Source of the DNA: Octopus vulgaris
Lineage: Eukaryota
NCBI GenBank assembly: GCA_951406725.2
Contig: OX597814.1
Location: 82,584,001 to 82,648,000 of the forward strand
DNA length: 64,000 nucleotides
Direction of reading: 5' to 3'
Each line of letters opens with the position of its first letter. The stretch's first letter is position 1. Of this stretch, positions 1-13,553 are shown one piece after another. A program made the translations under genes and the position numbers. Below the pieces are notes generated by a model that saw only the letters and a list, made by a program, of their open reading frames with translations, made no database searches and was not told where the DNA came from.

Positions 1-2169
1 ATAGAACTGAGTAATGAGAAGGTACACGCTAAAAGCTAGCTTCTCTTATTTACATCTTGATAGACAAATTAAAAAATTTGCGTGTATGTAGAGTGAGGGA
101 TTTAAACTGAATGTTTACTGAAGTTGTAAAACGAAAACAAAAACCAGTAACTCTAAATTTTTAAACCTTAAGGTATTTTGCTCTACCTAAATCTCCTTGA
201 AATCACACCCTGCTGTCTTAAAAAAGATATATATATATATATATAAAGGAACGATACATGGTTACAATGGATGCTAATACATGTTCGCAACCCACCGTTA
301 GTCTATTTATTGTTAGATAATACTAAGATACAAAATAGCCTGTCAGGGTGATCGCAGCTACAGTGTCTTTGAATATAAGTTTAGTCCATCAAAGCTGACC
401 TAGAGCTAAAGACCTAGTCAAATCAAGAAAACAGAGCTGCTCGAAATAGTAGAAATAGCACCCAAATCTCCTTCAAACCACACGTTACCATTAGACAACA
501 GGCCACTGTTGAGTATAAAAAGACAACTTTCACTTTGTCAAATAGTAGTTAGTACCAGTTTGTTTGCATGCCGGCAAATTTTTGTACTGTTATTACAGAA
601 AAAAATTCAACAACAAAAATTAATTTCACAATAACAACAATTCTGGTGGACTTTCGAAATAACTTTCACGGGTAAAATGTAGTTTCATTTCACTTTCTCT
701 TTTTTTTTTTTTAGTAAGTATTATTCGTTATTTTATGTTATCCCATATAGTGAAACTTGTAATTCGTATGTTTTAAAAACAAAACATCTTTGACAAGCTG
801 GCAGCAGCATAGCGAACGTAAGAATAAAACATTCTTCTGCGGCCACTAAAGCTGATACTAGTTACAGTGTGGCAAAGTGAAAGTGGTACGTTATACACAA
901 GGATCGTCAAATAATTCTTTATACATAAATAAATAACATTATCGAGGCTGAGGCATTTTTAAACATAGCTTTGCTCCATCAGGGATGATATGGGGTTAAA
1001 CAACAACCATAGTCAACTGAACGATTGAGTACTTGGTGTCATAGACGTCTTTAATAAAAACACAATAAATTAATTAATAGATGGAATTATATAATAGTAA
1101 AATAGAATTTAAAATGTCAAAGTAAACAGAAAAAAAAAACGTACCGAAGGTGGTATTTTGAAGATTTGTAGTGAGCACATAGACATTTGTTCTGGTGGAG
1201 TAACTTTTTTTCAGTGGAGATCACTAGAGGGAAGTAACTATGATTGTATTAAACAAAGTTCTCTCACCCCAAAGTAAAAAACGTGCTAGGTTTTATTCTT
1301 ATGGAAAATAACTTACCTAAAAGCAAAAGAATATTAAGATAACCATTTAAAATAAACATTTGTAGTAAATATTCATAACGATACCCTTTACATTTAGTTA
1401 TTTGTGGGAAAAACTAATCTCCAGGTTTAGTGGGATTTGTGCTTACTTAATATTGGTACTCTGATAAACTACGTCTTTAATTAGGAAGTATCTCTGATTC
1501 TTGCACATGCTGACTGTAATTTCTATCTATCAGCGGGCCACTGAACAAAAACAGTCATTGAAGCCAATGAATACAATCTTGTGCTGCTCTATTTCTAGCC
1601 TTCAGTAGTATGCAATTCAAACTGAGTCGCCAAATCATTCGACCACACAATCACTGATAACCCCCCTGGGCAATATTTCATTCACAACATAGTACAAACT
1701 ACACCTCAAAACTAAACAGAAAGTTCTTCAGCCCTCAACAAATGCTGTTGGCTCCACAAAACCGGAGTGGGGCTCATAATGGAATGTTGCCACTCTCTGC
1801 TGCTTCTGAACACACGAACTTTCTTCCTTTGAAAAACTGCTACTGTTGTGTAACCCTAAATTGGATGCCTTGTTCAAAGAAAAATGAGTGTTACTAAGGA
1901 AACACACAAGAAAGTCATTTACGAACACACCGCACTTACACCAACACATTTTCATATACGAACAATCTGTTGCTAGGATGTCGACAACCCTACAAAAAAA
2001 TAATTCACTTTTATTCTTGTAACCGAGTCGGGTTATAAACCAAAATATTTTGTTTTGGAAATAGCCAAATGTTCTTTTTTTTCTCTAGCACATGCGCACT
2101 AATTTTGAATACGCCCCGTGGACACAACGCAGCTATCTGTTACATCTGACAGTACGGTCGCACGCCATT

Positions 2170-5100
2170 TTACAAACTTTTGCCCAGTAATTGACATCTT
2201 TCTGTTACAAATCTTGTTTCACGGGTGATGTGAAAGTGTGGTTCGCACAGATCGAATCGACGTTTGCTGCGAACAATATTGCCTCTGAAGCCCAACAGCT
2301 CCATATATTGCTTGGCACAATACCACCGTCCCTGAGAGCCACCGTGGTGGACCTGATAACTGAACCCCCACATGATGCCACGTAGGAGCATTAAGCAGGA
2401 GATTCTTCGACGCACGTCCTTGTCGGAAGAAGGAAAATTTCAAACCGTCGTCAATGACGAGCACTTGGGCAACCGCAAACCCTCGCAACTTCTGCGCTGC
2501 ATGAAGGAATTGGCCCAAAATGCACCTGCTGATAGTGCTTTATTGAAACAACTATTTTTTTCCGGTTGTCCTCTAACATCCAAACCATCCTAGCCTCTAT
2601 GGTAGAGACGACTCCCGTCGAGCAAATAGCCTCCACCGCCGACAGAATCATAGAGTATACCGGCAACACCACCAAGCCGATCCCAGTACCACCGGATACC
2701 TCTGCACGCCCACTAGTAACATCAGTTTCCACTGATAAGGACCTTGCTTCGGCTGCTATCTTAAAGGTGTTAGCTGAATCAACGTGAGAAGTGCAGCTCC
2801 TTCGCACTTCCAGCTCATGTTCACCCAGACGGCGTTCCTTCTAGCCTCGCTGTCGCTCATCCTCTGTTCATTCATCCATATTCTGGTACCATGCCAAGTT
2901 TGGAGCTTTAGCGCGTAAATATACCCAACCTTGTACTTTTCCTCAACAGGAAAACAATCAACCAGAGAACTGAGCACGTCACATTCTGTGCAGAAGCCAG
3001 CGGCCAACCGTGCATTTTTCATAACAGACCAAATATCCCACGCCCGCTGCCTCATAGATTCAGGTGCTGCCTAGAGTATCTGGTCGTTAAAACTCCTTGC
3101 GGATAAACCGCTGTTATCACCAGTGATTCTACAGGCAGTGAACCATTCAACCGATCCCAACTTTCGACCAAATATCTCGTTCGTTGGATTTAGATCTGCG
3201 TCGTGACTTCAAGTGGATTTTTACAGTCGCAGATCTCTCTTACCCAATATTAGGTGCAGACTTTTTGCACTGCTTCCACCTGCTTGTGGACATGCGCACT
3301 CAGCGCTTATGGGATGCAACCACAGAACTGTCTACCCAAGTAAAAGGCCACTAACCTCTACGGTTAGTCCAGTCTTTTTCATCGCTACCACGGACGACTC
3401 ATACTAATGACTCTTAAACTCATATCTGGACCTGACTAATCTAAATATTTTTACTGCTGCTCCAACGCACACCATATCCATTTCATCAAAACTAAAGGCG
3501 TTCCAGTTTTTTTCTCACCCTCATCCTCTCTTCTCTGAGAAGCTAAAGGTGGCCAAGGCAGAATTTAACAACATGCTCCGGTTGGGCATCATCCACCCTT
3601 CTAATAGTCCATGGGCATTGCCCTTGCACATGGTTCCAAAGCATTCCGGGGACTGGTGGCCCACTGGTGACTACAGAGATTAAACTCCATCACGGCGCCA
3701 GAGAGCTACTCAATACCCCACATCCAGGATTTTTTGGTATCTCTCCACAACTGCAGAGTATTCACCAAACTGGACTTGGTTAAGGCATGCCATCAGATTT
3801 CTGTGAGCCCATTCCAAAGACTGCCATAACTACTCCTTTTGGAGCCTTCGAATTCCTAACTATGCCATTTGGTTTACGTAATTCAGCCAGCACATTTCAA
3901 AGGTTCATAGATGCCATCTTGATAGCTAGCGCCTCACCCGAGGAACATCTCCATCATGTACGTCAGCTGTTCGAGCGGTTCAAGACTTACCAAGTGCAGA
4001 TCAACCCTACCAAATGTGTTTTCGGCGCATCTTCTTTGACTTTTCTAGGTCATGTCATCAGCCCCAAAGGGATATCGCCACTGCCTGACAAGGTGAAGGC
4101 ATTGGAATAATTACCTTCACCTACCTCATTACGTCAGCTCCGACATTTCTTGGGACTATTCAACTTATATCGGCGCTTTGTTCCTCATTCAGCTGAAATC
4201 CTATACCTGCTAAACAAGCTCCTTTGGAATAGGAAAAAGAAGAGTGAGCCGATAGTATTGGACTCTACCCAACTTGACCCCTTCAACACAGCAAAGCAGC
4301 AACTCGCCCAGGCAACTCACCCTGTCGTGGGCGCTCAGCTATCCCTTGTAGTAGATGCATCCAACACTGCCATAGGTGCGGTATTACAACAATTTCATCA
4401 ACAAGAACTCCAGCCTCTTGCCTTTTTCTCTCGGCAGCTTAAATCAGCACTTTCAGACGGGAGCTGTTAGCTATGCATTTAACAGTCAGACATTTCCGGC
4501 ACACACTCAAGGGACGCCAATTCACGATTTTTACGGCCCATCGTCCACACACCTTTGCCCTGCACTCGAAGCCTGACAAGTACTCTCCACAGGAAACCAG
4601 GCACTTGGATTTCATTTCCCAATTTACCGCCGACATCTGCCATATCTCTGGTGTAGATAACACTGCAGCAGACGCCTTACCGCGCCTATCACTGAATTCG
4701 CAGTGGTCATCCACAGACATCGACCTGCATCTCCTGGCTTAGAACAATTGATATATCCTCATCCCCCTTTGCCACATGCAACTTCAAGTACTTCCCAGTA
4801 CCCACAAACGACGCACAGGCTATGTGCGATACTTCCACGAATTCTCCTCGTCCTTTTGTTCGGAAAACCCACAGACAAACAAACAGTCTTCAGCACACGG
4901 CATAACCTGTCACACTCTGGCGTCATCGCCACAGTGAAACTCATTTCTGTTAGATTCTAAATATGAGACGAGATATCACTGCTTGGTCACGCTCCTGCTT
5001 TTTCTGTAAGAAATCAAAGGTGTATAGGCACATCTGTGCACCCCTTGGCACATTCAACACACCAGATGTGCGTTTCAACCACGTACACATCGACCTTGTT

Positions 5101-6837
5101 GGACCTTGGCCAGTCAGCCAGGGATATACCTACCTGCTCACTTGCATTGATCGTTTCACACGTTGGCCGGAAGCTTTTCCTTTAGTAGATATCACTGCAG
5201 AATCTGTTGTCAAATTTTTTCTCAAAGGATGGATATCATGGTACGGAGTTCCTACCACCAACACTACCAACCGTGAAAAATAGTTTGAATCGCAACTCTT
5301 CCATGAGCTCACGAAGACCATAGATTCACGTCGGATTCAAACCACCAGTTACCATCCATAATCCAACGGTATGGTGGAACGATTCCACCATCAAATGAAA
5401 GCTGCTTTTCGTGCTTATCCAGACTGACAGCGTTGGAGTGAATGTCTTTCAATAGTCCCTCTTGGCCGTCGAGCCTCGATAAAGGAAGATCTCGGTTATT
5501 CTCCAGCAGAACTTGTTTATGGAACACCTCTTTCGTTTCCAGGCCAGAAGTTGGTCGGAGTGGATCTGTCCACACAAGACCCCACTATGTACACACAAAG
5601 ACTTCGCAGATACATGCAAGAACAGCTACCCATGTCAACACGACACCAAACGACTAAATCATCAGTTCCAAAAGACATTGAGTCTTGGACCCATGTGTTT
5701 GTACGAAACGACGCTGTGAAAACCCCTCTCACACCTTCATACACGGGACACTATCGCATCCAGTCGCACACGGACAAACTATATATCATATATATTAACG
5801 GTAAAAAAAAGAAACTGTCTCAATAGACAGGCTTAAGCAGGCATACACAGACAGTGAGACAATACCACTTCATACACCTCCCAAATTCACAGTATAACAC
5901 AAAACAAACGCTACTCCACTGTAACCATCACCAACACCGACCCCCTCCTCTATCTACATACGTCACTACGACTCGTAGTGGTCGCCAAAACTATATACAA
6001 CTGAACTATAAAGAACTATGTGTAAACTTACCAAAGACTTTTCAAGACGTATCACCAGCGACAGTTTTGTTCTTCACAATATTCCTTCGAACTTTACCTG
6101 ATCGACTTGAACATTTTGCTTATTTCTTTGTGTTCATATTCTGTTTACCCTTATCATGCTTTGCCTTTTCATTTCAGCTTCTCATTTTTGTTGTATTGCA
6201 TCCTTCTGTTTGTATTCTATGTTCTTACTTGCTTTTTGCACTGCATATTTACAAACGCCATCTCTATTTTTTCGGCTTTTTCAAGTCTAGCAGGAGGCTA
6301 TGTAGCAGAGCTACATGTTACATAGTAATATGTGAGTCAACTTGCCCAGCAAACGAATATATGGATGAGGTATTTAGCCACGCTTTGAAACATAACTTCG
6401 TTTTGAGACACTAGCCTATTTCGGAGCTACACTGTAGAAGTTCTCAGTTCCTGCCAGGTTTCGGTCAAAGACTCATGTCCTCTCTGCAACTCCACGCGCG
6501 ACTCACATGTCTATTTACCTCGACACAAGATATATAGCTTGTAAACGAAGATATTTTATCACACATACATTCTCAAAATGACTGTTCTCATTACACACAT
6601 GCATACATTTTGTAATACAGATATTATATGTAACTTGTTTCAGTACAAAAGCAAAAATCAAAACTTTCTTTGTATGTAAGCACACATGTTTTTGTATCAT
6701 ACTACATGCTTCCACCGCAAAAGGTGAACACAGAATAAACGATATATTTATACACAAAAATGTCTTATGGTGATTCATACTAACTGTTTTTCCATTTAAG
6801 AACACGCACTTGATTAGCCAACGACAACCGCTATAAA
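2170..6837 (+). mobile_element. Degenerate Ty3/Gypsy LTR retrotransposon (gag-PR-RT-RNaseH-IN, 3' LTR; no 5' LTR seen)
   Basis: Frameshifted fragments in Gypsy order: gag (VWFAQIESTF; LGNRKPSQLLRCM), protease (LIDSGA ~3050), RT (KTAITTPFGAFEFLTMPFGLRNS; KCVFG..LTFLGH), RNase H (VDASNTAIGAVLQQ; NTAADAL), integrase (HVHIDLVGP; LTCIDRFTRWPEA; SNGMVERFH). Confidence 0.95.
6301..6837 (+). repeat. 3' LTR of the Gypsy element
   Basis: Starts TGTAGCAG right after PPT-like CTAGCAGGAGGCTA and ends CCGCTATA. Its 3' ~340 bp recur inverted at 13554-13897 and 15118-15455. Confidence 0.75.
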
Positions 6838-7248
6838 GGAATTGAAACTTGCCGCGACAGCAAACTGCTCCTGTCGTATGTTAAGTGTGCCTTCACTTTT
6901 TGTATTTTCGTTTTGTTGTGGATGTTGTCTTTGTACACCCTGTTTCGGTGTGTAGTGTACTGTTCTATATACCTTGTAATTTATCGCGTAGAGATTGGGA
7001 GCACAAGACTGGTATATTCCACGGTAGAGCCATTAGTTCCATCGTGGACTACAAAGTCCTATTTCCATCTATTTAAAAAACAACAGAATTGCGTTAGTAG
7101 AGCATTTCTGTGGTTCAAATATGGTACTTGCAAGAAATCTATGTTTATGTATCATTTTGATTTCGCCGCTTCGTCAGTTATGTGTGTTGGGAATAATTGT
7201 AGGAGTCGTAACTCGTAATATGTTTGCTTTTGATGTTATGTGGTTTGT

Positions 7249-8702
7249 TTATGTTATTGAGTGTGATGGTTGATTATACCATGTTTGTAGATGGTTTATG
7301 TAAATTTGGTGCAGTAGATGGACAGCAATGTCTGAAGAATAATCGGAAGATGTGAGTGCAATGTCATGCGGAAAGGTCGTGTTGGTATAGGTTGAAAAGA
7401 GCGGGGAGAGGACGAAACTCCATCGTACTCCATTATTCTTGTACACTACTCAAGCTTGGTGACTAAGCAAATAGTTTGTTAGCTATCATTTGTGTTGTTC
7501 CCTAAGGGGTCTTCAATATTTTTTGTAGAAGTGGACAGCGGGTAATGGAATTGAAAGTTTCACTGATGTCAATGTTACGCGCGGAAAGTTTTAATTATTG
7601 AAGCTATCATGTATTTTTTGTGTTAGGTTTATGAGCAGAGTGATGGTTGAGTGTAGTAATCTAAATCTGTGTTGGAATATGGAAAGAGAAATGCGAGGAT
7701 TTGTGCGGTCAAGAGTTGGGTTTTTAGAACTGTCGAGGCCGTGTATAGGCGGATGGTAGCTGTGCATGTTAATATTTTACTTGGGTTTTGTTAGGCTTTA
7801 GTGTTGCTATGATTTGGCCCAGTTCCCATATTCAGGAGATTTGACTGTGTCACAACTGTAGATATCAGTGAATGCATTGATTCCTTCAGGTCTCTAGTGT
7901 TTTAGATATATATATTTCAATTAATCCTGTAAGAATGACCGTGCGAAGGAGAGGTGACGATGATTGGCTTCTTGAATACATCGCACGGTCGATTACAATA
8001 AATACGAAAAGGATAAATGAGTATGAGTGCCAGAAGGAAAAGAGACGACACAACCGGTAGAATGTTAAGAGAAGATTTTATTGATAGATTAATGTGTGTG
8101 CGTCATAAGTACATATATAATAATAACAATAGACAGGCCGTCATGTATACATAATGTGTATGTGTGTACAAACAAGGGTGTATGCGTGTGAGATAAAATA
8201 CAGAGCATAGAAAGAGTCTATAACAGGACACTAGAAGAAGTTCAGACACAATGAAGATAAATACCAGTTCGTAGTAAGGTACACAATAGTTGAAGTGCTG
8301 TAACAAGAAATTATGGCGAAGGAGCAGAGCCGGTTGAAGCACATATCGTGTAAGAAGTTGTGGCTACTATGCTGCTGCCGGTCACTTGATACAGGAAGAT
8401 CTCGCAGGTTGTATTTGCTGTTAACCATGGTGAAGTAATTCACGAACAGTGTTGAGATAGAACCTGGGTGTACGTAGAGAGATGTTGTTGACATTAAGAC
8501 GGAGGCGACAGAGATGGAGGTCCTAATGCTGCTGGACGAAGTGTTGATGTTTCTCCATGTGGCTGCTGGTATTGTCGCTGGAATTGGATGTGTGCTCTGT
8601 GGTCAGTGGTTAGACCTTAGTAGGTCTAGAACCAAAGACGAAATACAGTGTTGAAACTAGCTTTTTTATAATATCGGCGCAACTGAGATTTAGAAAAGAC
8701 TG
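7249..8702 (-). mobile_element. Highly degenerate non-LTR retrotransposon (LINE) RT remnant
   Basis: Minus-strand DISETFNSI..LLQK (like DISKAFD) and NGVRWSFVLSPLF (like GVPQGSVLSPLLF). A putative 5' end begins CAGTC near 8702; this boundary is uncertain. Confidence 0.55.
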
Positions 8703-8883
8703 TCTCATGTGACCTTATCAGAAGGCTGCGATTGGTTGGGTTGCACATTGGCGCGTAACAGAGCAAGAGACAAATTGCACCAATACCAACCAATCAGAGT
8801 AGTGGACACAACAGGGTCCAAAAGGGCAGTCGAAGGCTAGCTGTTATCTACTACGTCCGTACTTATGTATATATAACAGAGAA

Positions 8884-8887
<4 letters not shown>

Positions 8888-8955
<68 letters not shown>
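8888..8955. repeat. (GA)n microsatellite
   Basis: Perfect dinucleotide run. Confidence 0.98.
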
Positions 8956-8957
<2 letters not shown>

Positions 8958-9757
8958 CGCTACAGTCCTGACGTGTTTGAGTTTTTAGAATTTTTCTGTT
9001 GCATTTTGGGTTCCTAATGACAGAAGGACAGAAGTGTATATTTTTCGTTTCGTGTTCACGCCTTTTTTTTTGTATAGATTTCTTTTGGGATGATTTTCAA
9101 GAGATGTTTGATAAGGATGTTTACTTAGCGTTGTTGCTTGTGTAGTGGGGATTCGAACCCTAACCGCTAGATTCTCGGTTGGGCATCACAAGTGAGCCAC
9201 CACAGTTTCACATGATTGATCAATAAATTAACCAACCAACATGAAGCTGTTGCATGACGTAGCTTTCTCGAATGTTCTACAAACCGCCCTGTTCACCTTA
9301 TCAGACCCGTTTTGGTGCTTTGGTTCAGCTCAGAGTGTTGAAGGTGACTGACTAATTTACATGCCTCTCCCCATGCCAGACAGCTTGGAACGTTTGCGCA
9401 AATAACTCCAGGTTGTCGGACAGATCCATTCTGAACATTCACACTACGTCTCACAAGTAACTTCTATGGACGCTGCGCGGTTTTTTCTCTATCCCAGAGG
9501 ACAGTTATTAATATTGTTCATTGTTAACAGCTAAAATCGAAAATCATTATCTACGGCAACGCATATCAAGTTAAATGTTTGTAAGTTTGCTTCAGTTATT
9601 CTACGCGAAGCTTTCCTCTAACAAAGAAAGGCTCAGCAACGATACATTCTCTGCGATCCAAGCATCCAGCAGCAAGCTACTCGTGACACTTAATTGGGTA
9701 TATTATTTGACATTGATAACATGGTGCCAATTACTCTAGATGCCAATTACTCTAGAT

Positions 9758-10107
9758 GCGTGGTTCACAACCGGGGTCCATATGACCTCTGGGTGAGGTC
9801 CATATAAGATGTTGTGTGTGTGTGGGTCCATGCCAGCAAAATAGAAACTTGGGGACCCTTAATATACAGTAGTACATTAAGGGTCCATGGAAAAAAATTT
9901 CCTTTAGATGTATTTATTGCAAGAAACAATTAGATTTCTTTCTCTAACGTTTTACATAGTTAATGTGTAAAAGATAAAATAGGAATTTTGACAGAATTAT
10001 CTATAAAATTGGTTTTAAAACAACGAAGTGGTTTTTAAACATCGATGTGGTTTTTAAAAATAGTAATGAAAGAGGTTCAAGAATAAAAAAAAAATTGAGA
10101 ACCATTG
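9758..10107. mobile_element. Non-autonomous hAT (Charlie/MER5-like) MITE
   Basis: Imperfect TIRs GCGTGGTTCACAA / TTGAGAACCATTG; 8-bp TSD CTCTAGAT (9750-9757) / CTCTAAAT (10108-10115). Confidence 0.7.
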
Positions 10108-10371
10108 CTCTAAATGCTATTTGTTTTGTGACTTATTTTGGCTACGAATACCCGCCAGCTTAATAGTCTTCTACGATTTATTTACTTAGTTTTGTTATTT
10201 CCTTGCTTAGTTGTTTAATGCTAAGTTTTATTTCAGTGAATGTGGTGTTGGGAGCATTGTGTCTGCAGATACGGCTTTTAGGAGGTTGGTTAATTATTTT
10301 GCGTATTTGGGACGGTATTGTTTATGTTACCATGTAAAACGTGTTTTCTTTCTTTTTCTTTTGGACGTTTT

Positions 10372-12500
10372 CTTTTATTCTTTTACTTGTTTCGGTCATT
10401 TGATTGCGGCCATGCTGGAGCACTACCTTTAGTCGAACAAATCGACCTCAGGACTTAGTCATTGCAAGCCTAATACTTTTTGTATCGGTCTCTTTTGCTG
10501 AACCGCTAAGTTTCGGGTACGTAAACACACCAACATCGGTTGTCAAGCGATGTGGGGTGGGGGGACAAACAGATACAAATAACAAACACACACATACATA
10601 TAATACAGATATATATATATATATATAGGACAGGCTTCTTTTAGTTTCCGTCTGCCAAATCCACTCGCAAGGTTTTGGTCAGCCCAAGGCTATAATAGAA
10701 GACACTTGCCCAAGGTGCCACGCAGTGGGACTGAACCCGGAAACATGTATTTGGGAAGCCAGCTTCTTTATTTCATGAAATTGGCCATGGAGGCCTTACA
10801 TAGAGGGGACAGCACAAGGTGGGGACGAAAAAAAAAAACGAATGGAAAAGATGAACTGAATATAATGAAAAAATGGAATGAAGCCGTTCGGCCCCACCCC
10901 CGAGCGACTTCATTGAACCTGTTGATACAACTTCATTTATTCAGGCACCGGTTTATAATACTATTTGTAACACCGTTTGCAACAACTCATTTTCATTTTT
11001 ACGCAAAATGCTTATATTATAATTTTTAGATATCAAAACAGCTTACCCGTTCTGGCATTGTGCTGGTGTCTATTTTCTTGACACACCACTCATAGTCACA
11101 GTCTTCCTCATAATCCTTTATTCTTGAAAGGCACTCTGGGTCTGTTATCACACAGCGCATGTACCCGGGCAACCCCTTCACTCTTGTTATGTCCACTTCT
11201 ATCACTATTCCACGAGTTTATCTCATTATCAAGTTTTTCATTTTCTCCATCGTATAGTATAACATATTTTCCATTGGAAATTTGGGCCTCCTGTGTGCTT
11301 GTACTTGTCTTTATATCAGGTGGGGCATGGAGAGGGTTGGTGTCTGTAGGGAGTGGTTGGGGCAGAGTGGGTGTGGGTGGGAGTCGGGTAGGTGTGGTAT
11401 GGGGGGTCGTCATTTACAACGTGTATTCTGTTTCATCTCTTTCTTTTTTTTCTTCCCAGCCGCTTCCCATCAGTTCCTTTCCTCCTCCTCAACGCTGGTA
11501 CTAGTTTTCGTCGGTGGCGGAGTCTCAATTTTCCTCTCGTTCTCTTTATTCTTTACGAGTGGTGGAGGACAGTTCGCTCTAATGTGGCCTTTCAAGCCAC
11601 ATTTATAGCACCGCGGGATCCTTCCTTCCACTCTAACTCTGAGTGTTGCCTCTCCGACCGTGATGGTCTCGACTATATTTTCAATATCTTCTTCTTCAAC
11701 TTGTACCACCATATCAAGGCTTTGTCCTTGCCAATTCCTGTGGGGTGTTCTGGTGGCCTGGAGGACCACCAATTTCTCCTCCATGTCTAACAGTATGCAG
11801 CTACTAGCCAGGCTACATCCACTTCTGGCGGTGTTTCCTCTACCCTAACCCTGGAGGCACGTCTCCCAAGGTATACGGGTAGAAGAACTACTTCATCAGT
11901 TCTCAGCGGTGTTGCTAAGTGCAGCCTGGCGGTAGCTACCTCCCGGAACTGCACCTCCAACGTTCCAAACTTTTTCCTCTGGCGAGGTAGGAAATCCCTT
12001 GTTAGATTGATCTAAGTGCCTTTTCGACTTGCACCGTAGACATGACTTCAATTCTCTTTGTTGCTACAGAGTACGTCCTGTAAATAATTGTTCTTTCTTG
12101 TTTCTCATTTAAAACTTCTTTGGGAGGGAACACTTTCACGTTGTTCCCCTCTCTTTTAAGCATTTAAAAAAAATTTATTTAATTCTTCCAGACTTACGTC
12201 TTCACTCTTTTCTTCTGCCGCTGCAGCATGATTTCTTGCTTCCATTTTCTCATCAATTCTTTTCAACCATTCCACCATTTCCTCCTCAGACGACACAAAG
12301 TCCGAAGAAAGGTAGTTCACAGTCTGAATAATTCAAGCCTTCACAGCTCCTCATCCGACGCCCCTCCGTTAAACAAGAGGAAAAAGGTCGCACCGCCAAG
12401 ACAACCAAAAAGCATGTGTGTTGCACACAAAATTCACAACCCAACTGACAAACGCTAAACCGGAAGCAAGCTTCTTACCACAAAGCCACTTCTGCGTCTA
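10372..12500 (-). mobile_element. tRNA-derived SINE split by a LINE insertion (halves 10372-10768 and 12462-12500)
   Basis: Reverse complement of the intact SINE at 41820-42245. The head resumes at 12462 after a 15-bp duplication. Confidence 0.85.
10769..12461 (-). mobile_element. Tx1/L1-clade element retaining only a degenerate ORF1 (gag-like Zn knuckle)
   Basis: ORF 11470-11784 contains RCYKCGLKGHIRANC (CX2CX4HX4C) and is similar to ORF1 at 20578-21250. Flanked by TSD GGAAGC(C/A)AGCTTCTT. No RT motifs seen. Confidence 0.8.
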
Positions 12501-12815
12501 TAATTATTTTGTTGTTTATATTAGCGATTATAATTTTATTGAATTCTGAAAAACTTAGATTCTGTTTGTTATTGGAATTCGTCCCATTGGGGTTTTTATA
12601 TTTTATAAAAGAAATTTGCTTTGTTTTTTGATGTGTAAATGTGCAGTGATAATAATTGGTAGGTGGTCCAAGGAATGGAGGAGTGATTGTTTGCTAAGAG
12701 AATATGGGTTTAAATTTTACAAACTTACAGATTGACACTTCGAAAAGGCTATCCTTGAAATAAACAATGGAAGAGATTCAACCAGACAATATGGAAGTCA
12801 ATATTTGTTGGCTTT

Positions 12816-13030
12816 TAAGGCGAAGATGGCAGAATCGTTAACACGCCGAACAATATTCTAAGCGATATTTCGTCTGTATGTACCTTCTGAGTTAAAATTC
12901 TGCCGAGGTCGACTTTGCCGTTTATCCTTTCGGGGTCGATAAAATAAGTTCCAGTTGCATACTGGGGTCGGTGTAATCGACTTACTCCCTCACCCGAACT
13001 TGTTGGCCTCGTGCCAAAATTTGAAATCAA
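12816..13030 (+). mobile_element. SINE (second family)
   Basis: TGGCAGAATCGTTA head, GAGTTAAAATTC B-box-like, GCCTCGTGCCAAAATTTGAAA end; homologous to 44410-44600. Confidence 0.75.
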
Positions 13031-13553
13031 TATTTGTTAGTTTTAAGTTACAGATCTTCAAGATCGTGTTGGGATATCATTTTTGGAAATATTAATTTAA
13101 ATTATTCTTTGTTTTCAGATGTAACAATGAGACACTTTATGATGGCACTTTTCTTTTTAGACACCGTTCTTCAGTTGGTGTCACTTTACTTTCTTGGCTA
13201 ATTTTTCTTAACCCTGTATCTCAAGAGAGATACTGTATAATTAAGAGCGTGGGGAAAATTTCAGCAAGTTCTGGCAGATCTATCGTTTATATCGACGTAC
13301 TTCGTTGTTCAAAGAGAACTATTAAACCATCTGAAAAGTTTTACTCGTGACTTTATTACTCTGTTAAATTCTATAAATCCCAGTCTTCAATCTAATTGGA
13401 GATTCTTGTTAATACTGTTGCTGTTAACTTTTACTAATTTTACTATCTCGTGATTCATTGTTTTTCTTCAAGGACGGCGAATGTTGTCATTCTACATTAT
13501 TTAATAATGTAGCATATAATGAACGAGTTCTATCCATTATTTAAGCTGAATAT

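Noticed and set aside
5854-6414. 186-aa hydrophobic ORF after integrase as a possible env
   Set aside because: T-rich 3' UTR running into the LTR; no signal peptide, furin site or env motifs.
9240-9720. Possible Gypsy gag remnant
   Set aside because: Only faint similarity and no continuous motif could be read.
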